Notes under the pieces: generated by a model | The model's input: the letters and a program-made list of their open reading frames with translations, nothing else | Databases searched by the model: none | Told to the model about the DNA's origin: nothing | Assembly: GCA_964035545.1 (NCBI GenBank) | Contig: OZ037771.1 | Location: 9,293,408-9,357,407, forward strand | From: Bugula neritina | Taxonomy: Eukaryota > Animalia > Bryozoa | Direction of reading: 5' to 3' | DNA: 64,000 nt | Shown: positions 11,178-24,699 of the stretch, piece after piece | Layout: every line of letters starts with the position of its first letter | How positions within the stretch are numbered: the first letter of the stretch is position 1 | Program-made: the position numbers and the translations under genes

Positions 11178-14100
11178 TCAAACGCAACTATTTTTTTTTT
11201 GATAGTCACAAGTGCAAATATCCACATTAAACTGCAGTTGAGCTGGACATCGGAATGTTCCCATTATATTGAAAAACTGTCCCCCGTAAGATGGTATTGC
11301 CTGATGAAATTCTTGGCATTTCGTGCTTCTTTTTACTATATATCTGTAATCATAAAAAGCTAGTTAGATATTTTGCTGTTAGTTCGACACAACATAAAAA
11401 ATTTCTGCTTCATTAGCTATGCATAATTGGCAAGGTTCAAGTGTGAAAGTTCCAAAACAGTGAAGTAAACTGTTTTGGAAACGAATTTTTAGAACTGATT
11501 AGCCTAGTCAAGTTTCAGTCTCCTGGTGCCTTTTCGTGTCGTAAGAAAATCTTCCAGAAAGGAGCTACAAATTTGGAATTGTTTGCCCTTTACATAATTC
11601 ATGTGGAGTTTATTTTTACGATGAACTTGAATCCTGTATTAAGTATAAAATTTAATGTTTCCACATTATTTCTAAATTTTTTTAAAGCCAAAAGATACTA
11701 TAACTACTCATCTATGAAAAGTTGTACCTAAAGCTCTCAATGCTTTTTGTTTCATTCCTCAACAAATATTTTCACAACTCCATATGTCACCAGAACAAGT
11801 TTGTTTTATCATAATAATGGCACAAAGATTTATCGTTGAATATTAGTGCATTGAAAGAGATATTTATATTTGTAATGCAACTCTTTTCATAATCAATCTT
11901 TTTGTCTGACCGACATTGTTAATATTGTGTATATTTATTCTGTGATACTGCTGATCTATCTCTATTTGCAAGATAAGCAATATGGCTGTTGAAGAGGGAT
12001 AAAACTAAAGCTAACTCACATGTTTCCATTCTCCTCGCACCATGACATGGTTGCTAAATCTTTTTCCATTAGTTTTCCTGGTTGTTGACCAACTTGCGCT
12101 ACGAAAAGAGGGCATTTATTTTATACTACATCGTAAAATTCTCTGCAATGTCTGATTATATGAAAACTTCCAGATTTCATCACATGATTCAAAGTCACTT
12201 ACGTTTGTAATGTTGCCTAGCAGGCATGACAGAACTAGGTGAGGCATACTGTGCTGACTTTCTTGCCATCTCATAGTTTGTGTTCCATCGCTGTGTTGAA
12301 GTCTGCTTGTAAGGGTGTTTGCTTGCCTCACCATACTCAGTATGACTGGTTCTACTACTTGGTTTGATGGCCGTGTTTCTCATTTGAAGTCTTGGTAGAG
12401 AGGTGTGGGCTGATACAACTGCAGAGACATGCAGTGTCTTTGTTGTGAATTTAGTTTGTAGATGTTGCTTGTTTATTATTTGTCGCGGTGCTGCGTTTGT
12501 TCTGAGATACCGTGCTGTGGTTGTATAGGGAGACCGTGTTGTGGTTGTATAGGGAGACCGTGTTGTGGTTGTATAGGGAGACCGTGTTGTGGTTGTATAG
12601 GGAGACCGTGTTGTGGTTGTATAGGGAGACCGTGTTGTGGTTGTATAGGGAGACCGCGTTGTGGTTGTATAGGGAGACCGTGTTGTGGTTGTATATGGAG
12701 ACCGCGTTGTGGTTGTATAGGGATATCGTGTTGTGGCTGTATAGGGATATCGTGTTGTGGTTGTATAGGGATATCGTGTGCCTGATACATGGTGTTTGAT
12801 ATGTTGTTGAGTTGTTGTAGGATATTGTGGTGTTGTGCTACCCAAAGAGCTTTTAAATGTAAGAGGAGAGTTGTGAGGGAAAGTAACTGGTATAATAATG
12901 TCATTCCAGTACTTGAAGGGGGTCTGTGCCAGCACATACCTGCAATATTCTACTTCTCTTGAAAATGTGTGATGAGGCATAATCTAGGGAAGCATGACAA
13001 ATGCTAATATCTATGTATTATATTACTATATGCTTGCATATAATGAAAGTATTGCATCTAATATGACACTTGTTTGCTAAAATTATTGTAATGTTATAAT
13101 TAATAATAATAAAACAATATAAAAAACTAATAAAATAACAACCGGCTACAAAAACTATCATTGGTAATGATCTTTGTGTGAAAATCACTGGTGCTGAGTG
13201 TAATAATTCATATAGTTGCATATATAAAGTTTATGTATAATATTTATGTATCATACACTTTATTATGTGATATGACCATATCAGCAGTATTTTACCAGGA
13301 TACATAGAGGTAGGTGCAGTAATGGAGAAATTGAGAAAAGAAGTTATGTTCTCGCAAAAATTTCAACCCCTGCCCCAAACCAAAATTTACTAATAAAATT
13401 ATAGAGCTTAGGCTATCTCAATTTCTCTACTACCACTCCTAAATGAATACACAGTTTCATTGCTCTGCTTTACCTGCATTGTATATCAGTTACATTGGTG
13501 CCTCTGGGAATCTCCCATTCAGCACGAAAATATGTAGAGTTGGTCCACAAATACTTCACCACACTGGCAACCTAAAGCAGTCGATGAGCAAATAAATCAG
13601 CTATGAAATATTAAAATTTACTTAATAGGAAAATGGATTTCTTTCACACAGACTTTTTCACCAAAGCGTGTTTAGTTGTGAACTGTCATTTTAATTATGA
13701 GCTGTGCATTTATTTCAGATAACTAGTTGTTTGATATATAAGCATCTAGTAAAATTACTCAGTGAAAAAGTGTTTCCAATATATTCATTTAGAAAGAAAC
13801 TAGATTAAATATCAATATCAAAAACAATTTACTTTTTATTTGATTGCATATTTAAAAAATGGCTAATGCTTCTAGTAAAGTTGACACAGGTCAAAGAAGA
13901 AAACAGAAATTCCATCCATATATGAGTAAGCAACAGATGGAAAAGCTGGTATATTTTATTCGGAATAAATGGAACTGGTTGATGTATGCAGCATAGAGTT
14001 GACCTCAGAGATCTTCAATTACTTTCTCATGTGTCATTTTATTGGCATAAGGCTTGAAAGGCTCTTCTTAATGTCATAGTAATTAACATATTGAAATGGC

Positions 14101-15766
14101 GCATTGCCTCATTGAACAGTTGGATTGCAATTCACTAGAACCAATATCTTCTGTACATCTGCACAGATATCGATGCTCTTCATAAATAAACAGCATTTAC
14201 GTTGGCTTGTAAACATAAATAAAAGTAACAAAATACCAATAAAAGAGTATTAAAAACTGTCTATTTTACATGCATGTAGTGATTGTCTTAATAATGAGGC
14301 TATATAAAGCATGTATAGACCTTGTTTGCTTATAATGTTACTATGTTATTTGTTTGTGGTAATTAATGATAGTCAGCATAAAAGGACGCTGGTGCATCAT
14401 TGTGTTATAGTGCAAAAATGAACAAATATTAAATCGGTTTCATGCATGTACAATGAAATTGAAACTTCTATAAAATTTATTAAAACATATATTGGGAAAT
14501 GAAGCACGAGATTGAATTGCAAATTTTTATAAATAAATTGTGGCAAACATAAAAGATAGGCAACTACTAAGCTTACCAACTACTGCAATGTTTGGCTTAT
14601 ATATAATTGTACAAGTACTAACAAAACAAAGGAGTCTAGCGAAATTTCAAACTATAACTGCTACCATTGCATTTGTAGCATATTGGTTACAACTTATAAA
14701 TATTGTCCCCAACCTGCAGATATTAGCTAATGTTATTATAACAAATGAGTTTAAGTTTTTAATGTTTTTAGAGTACATCCTTCAAAATAATTTTCACTGA
14801 GAAAGTACTTGATCCTCGCAATTAAGTTATGTTTCAAAATTAATAAGAGCAACTTAATTTCGAAGCAAGGCACATGGATCCAACTTAAGGGAGTAACCCC
14901 AATGCTACCTAAACTGTAAACATTTGCTAAATTCAAACATTTAGAATATGTTGGCTATTTAGTAGATACCATTCTGACGACTTACCCCATTAGGGCATCT
15001 TACAACTCGGTATTCACCAGACAGCCCTTTGTACCACCCTCGGAAAGTAGCATCTCCGTTGGAATCCACAACAGTCAATACTAATCCAGAAAACAATATA
15101 TCAGGTGACTTGGACTTCACTTCCACTGTAAAGAGATTGCAACTTTTTGTTTTACATATTTATTTGACAAGTTACTTACAGTTGCAGCCCACTATATGCA
15201 GAGCTGAAGCAATGTTGAACCCCCAACAACTCTGAAAATATATGACAGGTATTTTATACAGATAAGAGAGTGGATATTGTACACATGCAGAGAGGTAGGT
15301 ATATTTTACACAGGTATGTATTGTACACAGGTAAGTAGGTAGGTAAATATTGTACGTAGGTAGAGAGGTAGGTATTGTACACAGACAGGGAGGTGAGTTT
15401 TGTACATAGGTAGGTAGGTAGGTAGGGAGGTAGGTTTTGTACACAGGTAGGTATTGTATACAGCTAGGTATTGTACACAGCTAGGTAGGTATGGTACACA
15501 GGTAGATATTGTACACAGCTAGGTAGGTATGGTAGACACAATAACTTACTTATAATATTGTCAATATCAGGAGATTTTCTACAGGAAGCTGAGTAAGGTA
15601 AGGTTTCCTCTGGTTGAGGGTTTTTACCCAGTGGGGTCCAAGTGCTGCACACTGGCCGATCCATCAGCAGTCTTGGCTGATCTGGTGACAGCATGATGAC
15701 TTGGGAGTTGCACACCATCGCAAGGAGCAGAACTAGCAATGGAATTATGAGCCTGCTCTTTTCCAT
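11178..15766 (-). CDS. Secreted protein: signal peptide + Reeler-like domain + Thr-rich repeat linker + C-terminal chitin-binding type-2 (CBM14/peritrophin-A) domain, ~463 aa
   Basis: Exons 15766-15550, 15125-14986, 13571-13474, 12939-12203, 12053-12020, 11343-11178; all GT-AG and phase-consistent. Signal MEKSRLIIPLLVLLLAMVCNS; Reeler-like PQPEETLPY..LFSGLVLTV..AEWEIPRG..CRYVLAQTPFKYW; CBM14-like FRCPAQLQFNVDICTCDYQKKNSCV. Confidence 0.8.
12507..12780 (-). repeat. Coding 24-bp tandem repeat (~11 x PYTTTTR[S/Y])
   Basis: Plus-strand unit GGTTGTATAGGGAGACCGTGTTGT, inside exon 4 of the secreted protein gene. Confidence 0.95.
15275..15540. repeat. Intronic minisatellite (TGTACACAGGTAGGTA-type units)
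   Basis: Irregular 18-26 bp units beginning about 10 nt after the donor of the first coding exon. Confidence 0.85.
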
Positions 15767-16008
15767 TCTGCTATTTGTTAAATATAACAAAAAAATCATA
15801 TTTATCAGTTGATTAAAGAACTCAAGATAGCTTCGAAAAACATTTAATGTTAAAAAATAATTATTTACAGAAAGTGAGCACACTTAAATGCATTCATGAT
15901 AAAAAAAGTTGGTGACAATAGCTATGAGCTGGACTAATGCATAAAATAAATGTACTAACGTTAGAAGCAAACGGGATATTTTAGGTATAGTAGAAGTGAA
16001 GGTCTCAC

Positions 16009-16110
16009 CTGCAAGTCTTTTTGCTAGCTAAGAAAGCAGCGTAATATCACAAAGACCGTAGGTATATGAGATGTTTAGTGTCTCTGTAAGTGGACAATTT
16101 CTCATTTATA
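16009..16110 (-). promoter_or_regulatory. Putative TATA promoter and non-coding first exon of the Reeler/CBM14 gene
   Basis: Minus-strand TATAAA at 16110-16105; strong donor CAG|GTGAG at 16009/16008; acceptor CAG immediately before the ATG at 15766. Confidence 0.5.
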
Positions 16111-18812
16111 TTCAATATTAAGCGCTACAGTTTGCAATATGTGTGGAGCAATCCGTAACCATGGCCACTGGTAGCTATATAGATGATTCATCTAAAATAT
16201 GCACGCAGGTTGCTACATTAAGATTAAAGTATGTTTTCAACTATTAAAAGATACTGTTGTGGGGTAAAATACCTCTACTGACCTTAAAACGCATCATTAA
16301 TCTTACATATTTTATGCTAAATATTTACGATATACAACATATTTTTAGTAACTAATGTCAACATTAAACACTAATTATAAGCTGAACTATTTTATTTTTT
16401 CCCTGCAAACCTCAAGTTTGAAAAACAAAATTTTAGAGAATTTGATATTACAAGGTTTGAACCAATTACTTCACACAAAATTATAGTCCCAGTTAGAACA
16501 AACCAGTAAATCTGATGCCTGATAATGAAGTGAATCCTTGTTGATAGATTAGTTAGCCTGAGCGGCTTCCTAAGCTTGCATATTACAGGCATAAGCAGAA
16601 GTCGACAATTGTTTTATTTAAAAAAAAGATCTTTGAGCTTACTGGCCACGTTTATAATGTGTGCATGAAAAATATCACTATTTAATAGGTATTTGATACA
16701 GGTTGTATTGCTGACAATGAATTGATTAGTTATATCTTGAAAACTTGCTATTTACAGATAATTCCAATACTCACTCAGCTCTATGCAGTAAATAAACTAC
16801 ATTGGCTAAACTTTGAATTTGAAATTGAGTAGGTGGTGAATTTGCGCAAGTGTAAGCTGTAGGCAGAGACTTCTGCCAAGAATGTGAGCTAAAGAGGAAG
16901 ACCATGACTCTACTACAAACTCTCAATTAGCTCATGTGTTGCTTATGATAAAACATTGAAATAGTAAAATTTAATCCAAGTAATTGCTGTTAAAGTGTTA
17001 TTGTAAAACTATAATAGTATGATAAAGCAATGTGCCCAAATTTGCCTGATTAATCTACATACAAGAAAATCAACAAAACCTCACTGTGAAGCATACAATT
17101 GTACTATAAACATACTTGAGTGTGATAACAGTTACCTAGTCTGTAATGAAGTAGTAGTTTGTCTGGTATTATAAACACAATTGCCTTCTGAATGGCATGT
17201 ATAGTGATTGTGCAGGAGTAAAACTGAAGGTAGTACCTGAAACAAAATGATATATTGTGGACATCTTCATGTACAGAAATAGCTGAATCAATTAAAAGAA
17301 AAAACAAAAATTTAACTTTTTCTGTATACATGTGGGAGCATATAATTAGCAATACCTCTGCAGTTTACAAGTTATGAAACCAGAAAGCTTGTGGTTCAAA
17401 GAAATGCAGAGCGGTTATTGAATGTCAGAATTAATATCTGAGTTGCTAGAAACATCTGGAAACATAATTGTTAGATATTGGCTATATTACAGTAATACAG
17501 TAACTGAGAAGCTTCTTGCTGAATAATGTGGGAGATGTATCCATTCAAGTGTAGGTATGTAAAAATAAATTGTTTTAACAAATATTTAACTACTCTAGTA
17601 ACACTTGAATTAGAAGAGTTTAAGTATATTAATTATTTACTATGTTAATAACATCTTAGACAATTACTGATAATTGAAATAAGGAAAGCAGCATGCTTAT
17701 CACACAGTATGAACTATTTCAGTGTCAACTCGCTTTGCAGTGCGAGTGGAGCCTCATTCACCTGTAACAAAGGAGGGGTTGATGGCTCACTAAGAGCTCA
17801 GTTTATACCACACATGCTACTCTTCAAGAATATGCTATTTAGTAAACTGATTTCAATTTGACTGTATAGGGCTAAGGGTGCCCTGTAAACGCACTCTCAA
17901 GTTAATGGAATTGTTTCGATTGCAGAAATTTGTTGCAAAACACCAGTTTTTCTAGATATTTGAAGATATGCATTTCTATTAGACAAAATGATAGCACTGC
18001 ATATTTGGCCAATTAAATTTGATGACTTTATTGAAGACGAAGTGTTTTACTTTTCTCCTAGTGAAATGTGCGATCAATCAAACTAATGCTTAGATAAAAG
18101 AGTTACTCTTATGAGGTTTGCTTAGTAGTTCGAGACCTTCGAGTAAGCTGGCAGCAGTCTGTGATGCATCAATTAAAGATAAATTCAACACAAAAATGAC
18201 ACAACTCCTCCCCATTGTGCAAGGTGACAGAGTGCTAAAAGAATATACTTGCTTCTGAAGGAATTACAGACTGAAAAGAATGCAGTAGACAAATTAATTG
18301 TTATTTAAAATATTATAAATATTTATTTTACAAAACAAACTTTGCAGGAATTACGGTTATTAGAATCAAGACTGTCTCTGGACAAAATCACAAAAATATT
18401 TTACAAACAAATAAATTCAAAACAGGTAGATAAGAGTTAGATTGGACCGGAAAAGGGCAATAACTTGTATAAATCACAATATCAGGCAACATGTACAATG
18501 TGTAAAGAATCCAAAAGATATAAAATATTTGAAAAAAATAATAGCAGAGATCAAGCTTATTATTAGGCATAATTATAATAATTAAATTTCACTATCAAAT
18601 ATATTTAGCTATTTTAATATTCTATTTATTGCAAGGTCAGATAACTCTACATAGTAATTGAGCAAACACTAAAGAGAATATGGACACAGAAACTTTAAGC
18701 CAGAAGATATGTCTACAATCTCAGTAAGAACTTCAAAATAATACTGTAGCACTAAGAATGAGTGCAGCAACACACATATCACCTACAAAATAGCCTGGAC
18801 CGAAATATTTAC

Positions 18813-21800
18813 TCATGTATCAGTTATGATGTCATCAGTGATGTCACCAACTTGGATATCTTCAGGTTCCTCAGAACAAGAGGAAGTTGTCTCCACGTTA
18901 GCAGTAGACGAGACATCATTCCAGTCTGCGAACACATACATAATGTTATTATATTTCTGTTCATCATTTTCCTGGCTAACAGAGTGCATATTAATGTTAT
19001 GAAGCTGTATGTTGATGTGGGGTAACTCCTAATGTTGATTCAATTTCAATCAGTAAAACATGATCAAGTTATCACCTATGCTTATCAGTAACAAGCCTCT
19101 ATACCAAAACTTATATAACACAGAACAGCAGCTGCTTAGTCCGGAAAAATGAAAATTTGAGACCCACTTCTTGGTGGTCTTCAATGTTGATAGTTGATGC
19201 CTTATGAGCATGTCATATAGCAAAGTATACCATCCAGCGGTAAAGCGACTCTATGTAGTTATGCTAGAGTAGCAGTTACATTGCATTGTGGTATATATAA
19301 ACACACAGGCTCATGTGTGCAGGCATGCACACACACACGGAGATTACATGACCATAAAGGTTAACAGAGCACAAAATTGTCCATGTTATGTATTTGAAGC
19401 ACTAGAGTCTAGAAGAAGCTACATTTGAATACTTCAGCAGTTTATGCCTTCACAATGAGCATGGAGTGAATGATTTCAACGAAAGAGCCGTAAATGAGTA
19501 CACAAAACTAAGTCACCCAAGCCAATTGGTTGGCATCTAATATACTAACCAATCAAATTCGTCAAGATTTGATCAGGCCACAGCCATGGCATGTATTCTG
19601 GATTGTTCTTTTTCTTCCAAACTTCATAAACTCTGCAGGCCTTCACCATCTTTTGTATAACCTGCCCAGAAGAAACAAGTAAGTTTAGTAACAACCCTGC
19701 AGGCATGTGAGGTGTGATATAACCTCCTCATCTACTAATCATTAAACAAACAATCTATGACCTCCCAGATAATCAGTTCCTATAAACATGGTTAGAGTTA
19801 TTATATATTATCAATAGGCCTACCTTTGGAGCAACAACTGTGAACAACTTGTTAACCAACAAAGCTGGAATTTTCCCTATAACACAGCAGAGCATGTATA
19901 TAGTATAATAACTACTGTATACATTTTCAAAGAGAGGAGTGAAGGGAAAGCATATTACTACCTTCCTCAACAGCTTCCTTCACACAGCTGAAGATTTTCA
20001 ACAACATTTTATACATTGATATAGCTTAACATTTACAAATTCAACAAACAATGCCCTTCAACACTGTAGGATACAAAAGCATACAAAACACAATGCTGAT
20101 AAGCATCAATGAATGAACGACTACTTGGTGATGCAGGAACGCAGATAACATATCAGTTTTAAACTGCAGGCAATAAATTTTTTAAATGTGGCAGTTAATG
20201 TTTTACATTCCGGGATGCTAAAACAGAGACACCCATAAAGTGAATATAGTCTAGGTTATTTCAAACTTTCTGTCTCTAGAAGATTTTATATAAAAAAAAC
20301 GTTTTTATAAACTTGATAGGAAATTAGACTATCATAAAATTTATTATTTCATCATTACACTACTTTCATATGTATATATAAATTTGGGCGAGATACCAGT
20401 AGCTGAAACTTTAACTAAATGGCTATAAGCACAATGGTAAATACCAACTATAAAGGGATAAAATACATGCTCACCCCCAGGATTTGATTGACTGATATAA
20501 GTAAACCTGGTTGCTTGTAGACCAATAACTTCCATGACATAACCTGTATAGTATGAGGTTCCTCTGATAATATTCTTTCTAGGAGGCTCTTTCTAAACAC
20601 AACACATTTCTTATGAAGCACACCGAGTTGCTACTATGACATATCAAACCCACTTTGTGGTACACAGAGTGGCTCAATATCTCATATTATACTTACTTTG
20701 TGGTATACAGAGTGGTTCAACATCTCATATTATACTTACTTTGTGGTACGCAGAGTGGCTCATTATCTCATATTATACTTACTTTGTGGTACACAGAGTG
20801 GTTTATTATCTCGTATTATACTTACTTTGTGGTACACAGAGTGGTTCATTATCATGTACTGATTGCCATCATGTCTCCAAGATCTTTGGGTGACAAAGTC
20901 TCGATTTCTCAGAGGAGATGGCGTCTTGACTACAACAGAACACTAATTTGAGTCCAGGGCATGAGTATAGTCAACATTAGTATGTCAGTAACATAGATTA
21001 GACACAAGGACCTGCTAATACACTAAAATATGGAACTGTGGTACACTAGTGCTAGAGTTCAATCAACTATGTACAAATACGGCCTTTAAATTGTAACATA
21101 AACAAATTAGAAACCTGGACACATGATTTAAACCACAAAATATAAATTAACCAATTAAAAATATATTACTGGATATAAGGTGAAAAATGGCGTTAGAGAT
21201 AATACAAATGTTGAACACATCAAATTCTAAGGACAACTATTATACACTAGTTTGCAAGCTTATACACATGGATTTTTCATTCAATGTTTAGGAACAGTTG
21301 CGCGAATGAAACCACAACCATAAGTTAATGTAAACAGCGACCACAAGCCCACCCATTCAAAACAATAGAAAGGCAGTGCTTTTGTAAACTTAAACTGTCA
21401 CTCATAGTATACACCACATAGCATACAACAATTCTTTTGAGAAGTGCTGAAAACAGCTCAAAATTTAAAAAATAAATTGGTCTTATCGTAGTAGCTAAAA
21501 GTCACCTTGATAGTAGCCGATATCGTTGTTAGAGTCTATAACACAGACCTCTCTAGACTCCACCATTTCCTTATCCCACACTCTCCTATATGCTGCATCG
21601 TGGAGAGCATTGTACATGGTTGAGGCAGCTACATCAACTGAATCAACTATAATCTACATGTAAAGAGGTAGGTCAGTGCAATTCTACTACAAAACTATAT
21701 AAGTATATATAAGTATAACAAGTATATATAAGTATAACAAGTTTAGCAAAAGCAAAATGCTTTTATCGGCACACCATTCATAAAAGATGCCGAAACTTTG

Positions 21801-22619
21801 CATGCTGTGAGGAAATCACAGAAAGGTCATTACTAAAAGCACCCACAAGACCTCATCAGAACGAGTAGAACTAATAGTTTTAGTGAAGGGCATAGAGGGG
21901 TGGGCAGTATTATGGTTGTAGCAGTTATAGTATAAGCAGTAGGAGCTGTACTAGCTAAAGAAGTGTACCCCAAGCAATGGTATATATTAGTAGTAAGATT
22001 TGTAATTACAATAGTATTTTAGTACCCATTAGTTGATATTTATTCATGTTTTATTACATACAAGTAAGATACAGAGATTGTATCACATCCACTGGCCACT
22101 GGCTAAAAATACATTTCAAAGTCTTATCAGTTGAGATATAATCTATTCTATTTACTATAGAATTCAAAAGGCAAATGATATGAAACGGAGATGGCCTGTT
22201 GATAAACTTATAGTCTTCCAATATTAGTTGTGGGTTAGAATTTAGTTATACAGGTCTGCACTTTGCACTTTAGATTTTAGTCAATTGACAGCCTTTTAAA
22301 TTGTAAATACTTCTGTGTGTTACATGTAATGCATGTATGCACATGAGGTAATGTATATATGTCATTGGCATCAAAGCATCTGAGTATATTAATCTGCATA
22401 ACAACATTGAACATACGCAGAATATAATTAGAACCCATATCAAAAAAGAAATGAACTTACTTTAACCATTTTAAAATTACAAATTTCATTGGTACAAGTA
22501 TAGACTGAGCAACTGGACTTTTTAGCCGACAGAATCCATCCTGGGCTGTCACTAGAAGCTAAAGAAATGAGACGATCAAAGTCAGATCTGACAGCTGCAC
22601 GCACTTCGCCAACTTCCAT
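18813..22619 (-). CDS. STARD10: START domain lipid-transfer protein STARD10 / PCTP-like, ~268 aa
   Basis: Exons 22619-22461, 21653-21506, 20929-20826, 20592-20475, 19876-19824, 19661-19550, 18925-18813. Motifs LHDAAYRRVWD, NNDIGYY, PSPLRNRDFVTQRSW, IMNHSV, SNPGGKIP, MPWLWPDQ. Confidence 0.92.
20650..20852 (-). repeat. 43-bp tandem repeat x5 spanning a STARD10 exon end and splice donor
   Basis: CTTTGTGGTA recurs at 20653, 20696, 20739, 20782 and 20825. Confidence 0.93.
21243..21360. repeat. Dispersed repeat fragment with an inverted copy at ~31228-31346
   Basis: ATGGATTTTTCATTC..ATGAAACCACAACC..CACCCATTC matches the reverse complement of GAATGGGTG..GGTTGTGGTTTCAT..GAATGAAAAATCCAT. Confidence 0.7.
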
Positions 22620-23539
22620 TGCAACTTCCCTTGAACTGCTACAATACTAGCCAAATGGCAGCAAAAGCCTGGTAGACAAGTGAAACAAGGTTTTTTAAAA
22701 AAAAACATATCCTGAGAACAAGACGGTTTTTTACTATTACATTACTATTATTGACAAATAAGAGCAAGTTTGAAATAACAAACATTCAAGTCTTAATAAA
22801 TATTGATGATTTTATTAAGTTTACATTTCTTGGAATGTTCGGTAAATGCAATAAGTTGCATTATCATTGCTTTATAATGAGTTTTATAGTCATTTCTCAC
22901 AAGTTTTGTTTAAGAGGTTAAATTTTTTAATAAAGCCTCGCCATCAACACCCAATAAGTATAAGTTCACTTGTTACTTGCTTTTTTAGCTTTGTTGGAGT
23001 GGGCAAGACATATCAATACCTAAATTGCGGTGCATTTTTTGTTATTTTTCAATTGAATCAAAATTTATAACTTTATCTTATCGTAGATTGAAATAAGCAA
23101 TTAATAAATCAAAGTTTAACAATTGCATGGTTTTATCATTATTGGATTTAACAATGCTGACAGCATGCTCACTGACTCAGTGTCACAAAATATGTAGTGA
23201 AAGTTGGATAACCAAAATGAAAAATATAAAAAAATTTAGCTTGAATTTCCCTAATGAAAATATTCGAAAAAAGTTTGTCCTTAGTCCATTTTTCATTTTA
23301 ATCATGTATAGTATATAACTATAACAGAAGATTAAAGCAATGCACTTTACAGTTGATTCAATTTCAGCAGATATGGTTGTTCCCGCCATTCTGGATATAA
23401 AAACACAAATAAAATATTTAGGACCATCAGATGACATTGTAGCGAAAAAACTGAAAATAAAACTAGAGAGAATGTACACTGAAAAGAAGGCTTACTTCAT
23501 ATACTTTAACATTACAACCATTAAGGACTAAAACGGATA

Positions 23540-24430
23540 TTGCAGTAACGGTCACGTTATAGTTACTCACTTAACTACAAACTTATAAAATAATAGTAAT
23601 AGTAATAATGGGAAGCATCTATCTGGGATGACACCAAATATAATTAATAATTATAATGATGCTTTATATTTAACAGGTTCCTTTTCAGCACTGGTTGGAG
23701 TTTTCAAAAAGCTAAAAACAAATCACACAAAATGAGAATGACCTTCATCTTCACTTGTAGAATAGATTTAGCTTCTACAGTTCTAGTAGCAATTCTAACC
23801 GCAACAGTAACACTGAGTAACACTAATACTAACAAATATTAATAAAGGGTGTCAGGTGCTGTGCGTAATAAAACTAAAAGTAAAATGCCAAGGGTATTTG
23901 ACTAATTCAGAAAATGCCCTGAAAGCGTTTCAGTATCAGTATGTAATACTGTCATGTAATAACTTATAAGTATAACAACTACACAGAAGCAAACGCTTCA
24001 AATTCAAGACTAAAAGAGTTGAATTATCAATTAAAATAAAATCATATCGGCTCTAAATACTATGAATATCAATATGTAGTTGTACTACTAATTACTAGAC
24101 CTAGTACTAGTAGTACAGTACCAGTAGTAGTAGTAGTACTAGTACTTGGCTTAAAATTCTGTATATACTGATAGTGATTGAGTGATAGTGATACTCATAC
24201 TGATGCGCTTTGACTTACACTTAGAGTTGGTCTTACAGTTACAGTAACAGTTAGACTCAGAGTCAAACTCATAGTCATAGTGATAGTTGACTGTTGAGTG
24301 TTGAGTCATACTCATACTGATACTCACAGTGATAGAATATAAATGTTCATGTTTATGTTACTGGCTAAAATTTGAATTTGAGGTTTGAAAATATACTAAA
24401 ATTAAAGGTTTACTTTCACATCACTAATAG
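23540..24430. repeat. 6-bp periodic low-complexity tract (left flank of promoter)
   Basis: e.g. ATACTGATAGTGATTGAGTGATAGTGATACTCATACTGAT and AGTAGTAGTACTAGTACT. Confidence 0.8.
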
Positions 24431-24690
24431 ACATTAGTAGAACCCACTAAAACAGCCCACAGTGCACCGAAATGAAACCAAATGGTCTAGGGCGTTCTCG
24501 AACGTGCGAATTAACATTGTGATTGTTATTGTCAATTTCGAGGGAGAAACTATAAACAAATCTAATGAATGCGTTCGCTGTAATAGTTGTAATTTCACTC
24601 TTAAATGTTTTGCGGGTGCGCTTTGTTGGTGATCCATTAAGAGTTGAAGAGAGCTTGCTACGAAAATTTGGGTCAGGGTTTGCTCTATAA
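24430..24690. promoter_or_regulatory. Probable bidirectional promoter for STARD10 (-) and the IQ-SCHIP1 gene (+)
   Basis: CpG-enriched complex island between two divergent genes whose first coding exons both begin with splice acceptors. Confidence 0.5.
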
Positions 24691-24699
24691 CATTGATTA

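Noticed and set aside
12462-12937. Cys-rich (CCGCIGRP)n, (LWLYRETV)n and (PIQPQHGL)n ORFs
   Set aside because: Alternative frames of the 24-bp coding repeat; only the Thr-rich frame is phase-compatible with the flanking exons.
15176-15232. Exon-like segment with good acceptor and donor inside the Reeler gene
   Set aside because: Including it breaks the reading frame between the 15550 and 15125 exons, which join cleanly without it.
20650-20852. CRISPR-like appearance of regularly spaced repeats (also 52181-53960)
   Set aside because: Head-to-tail tandem units without unique spacers, in spliceosomal introns, with no cas genes.
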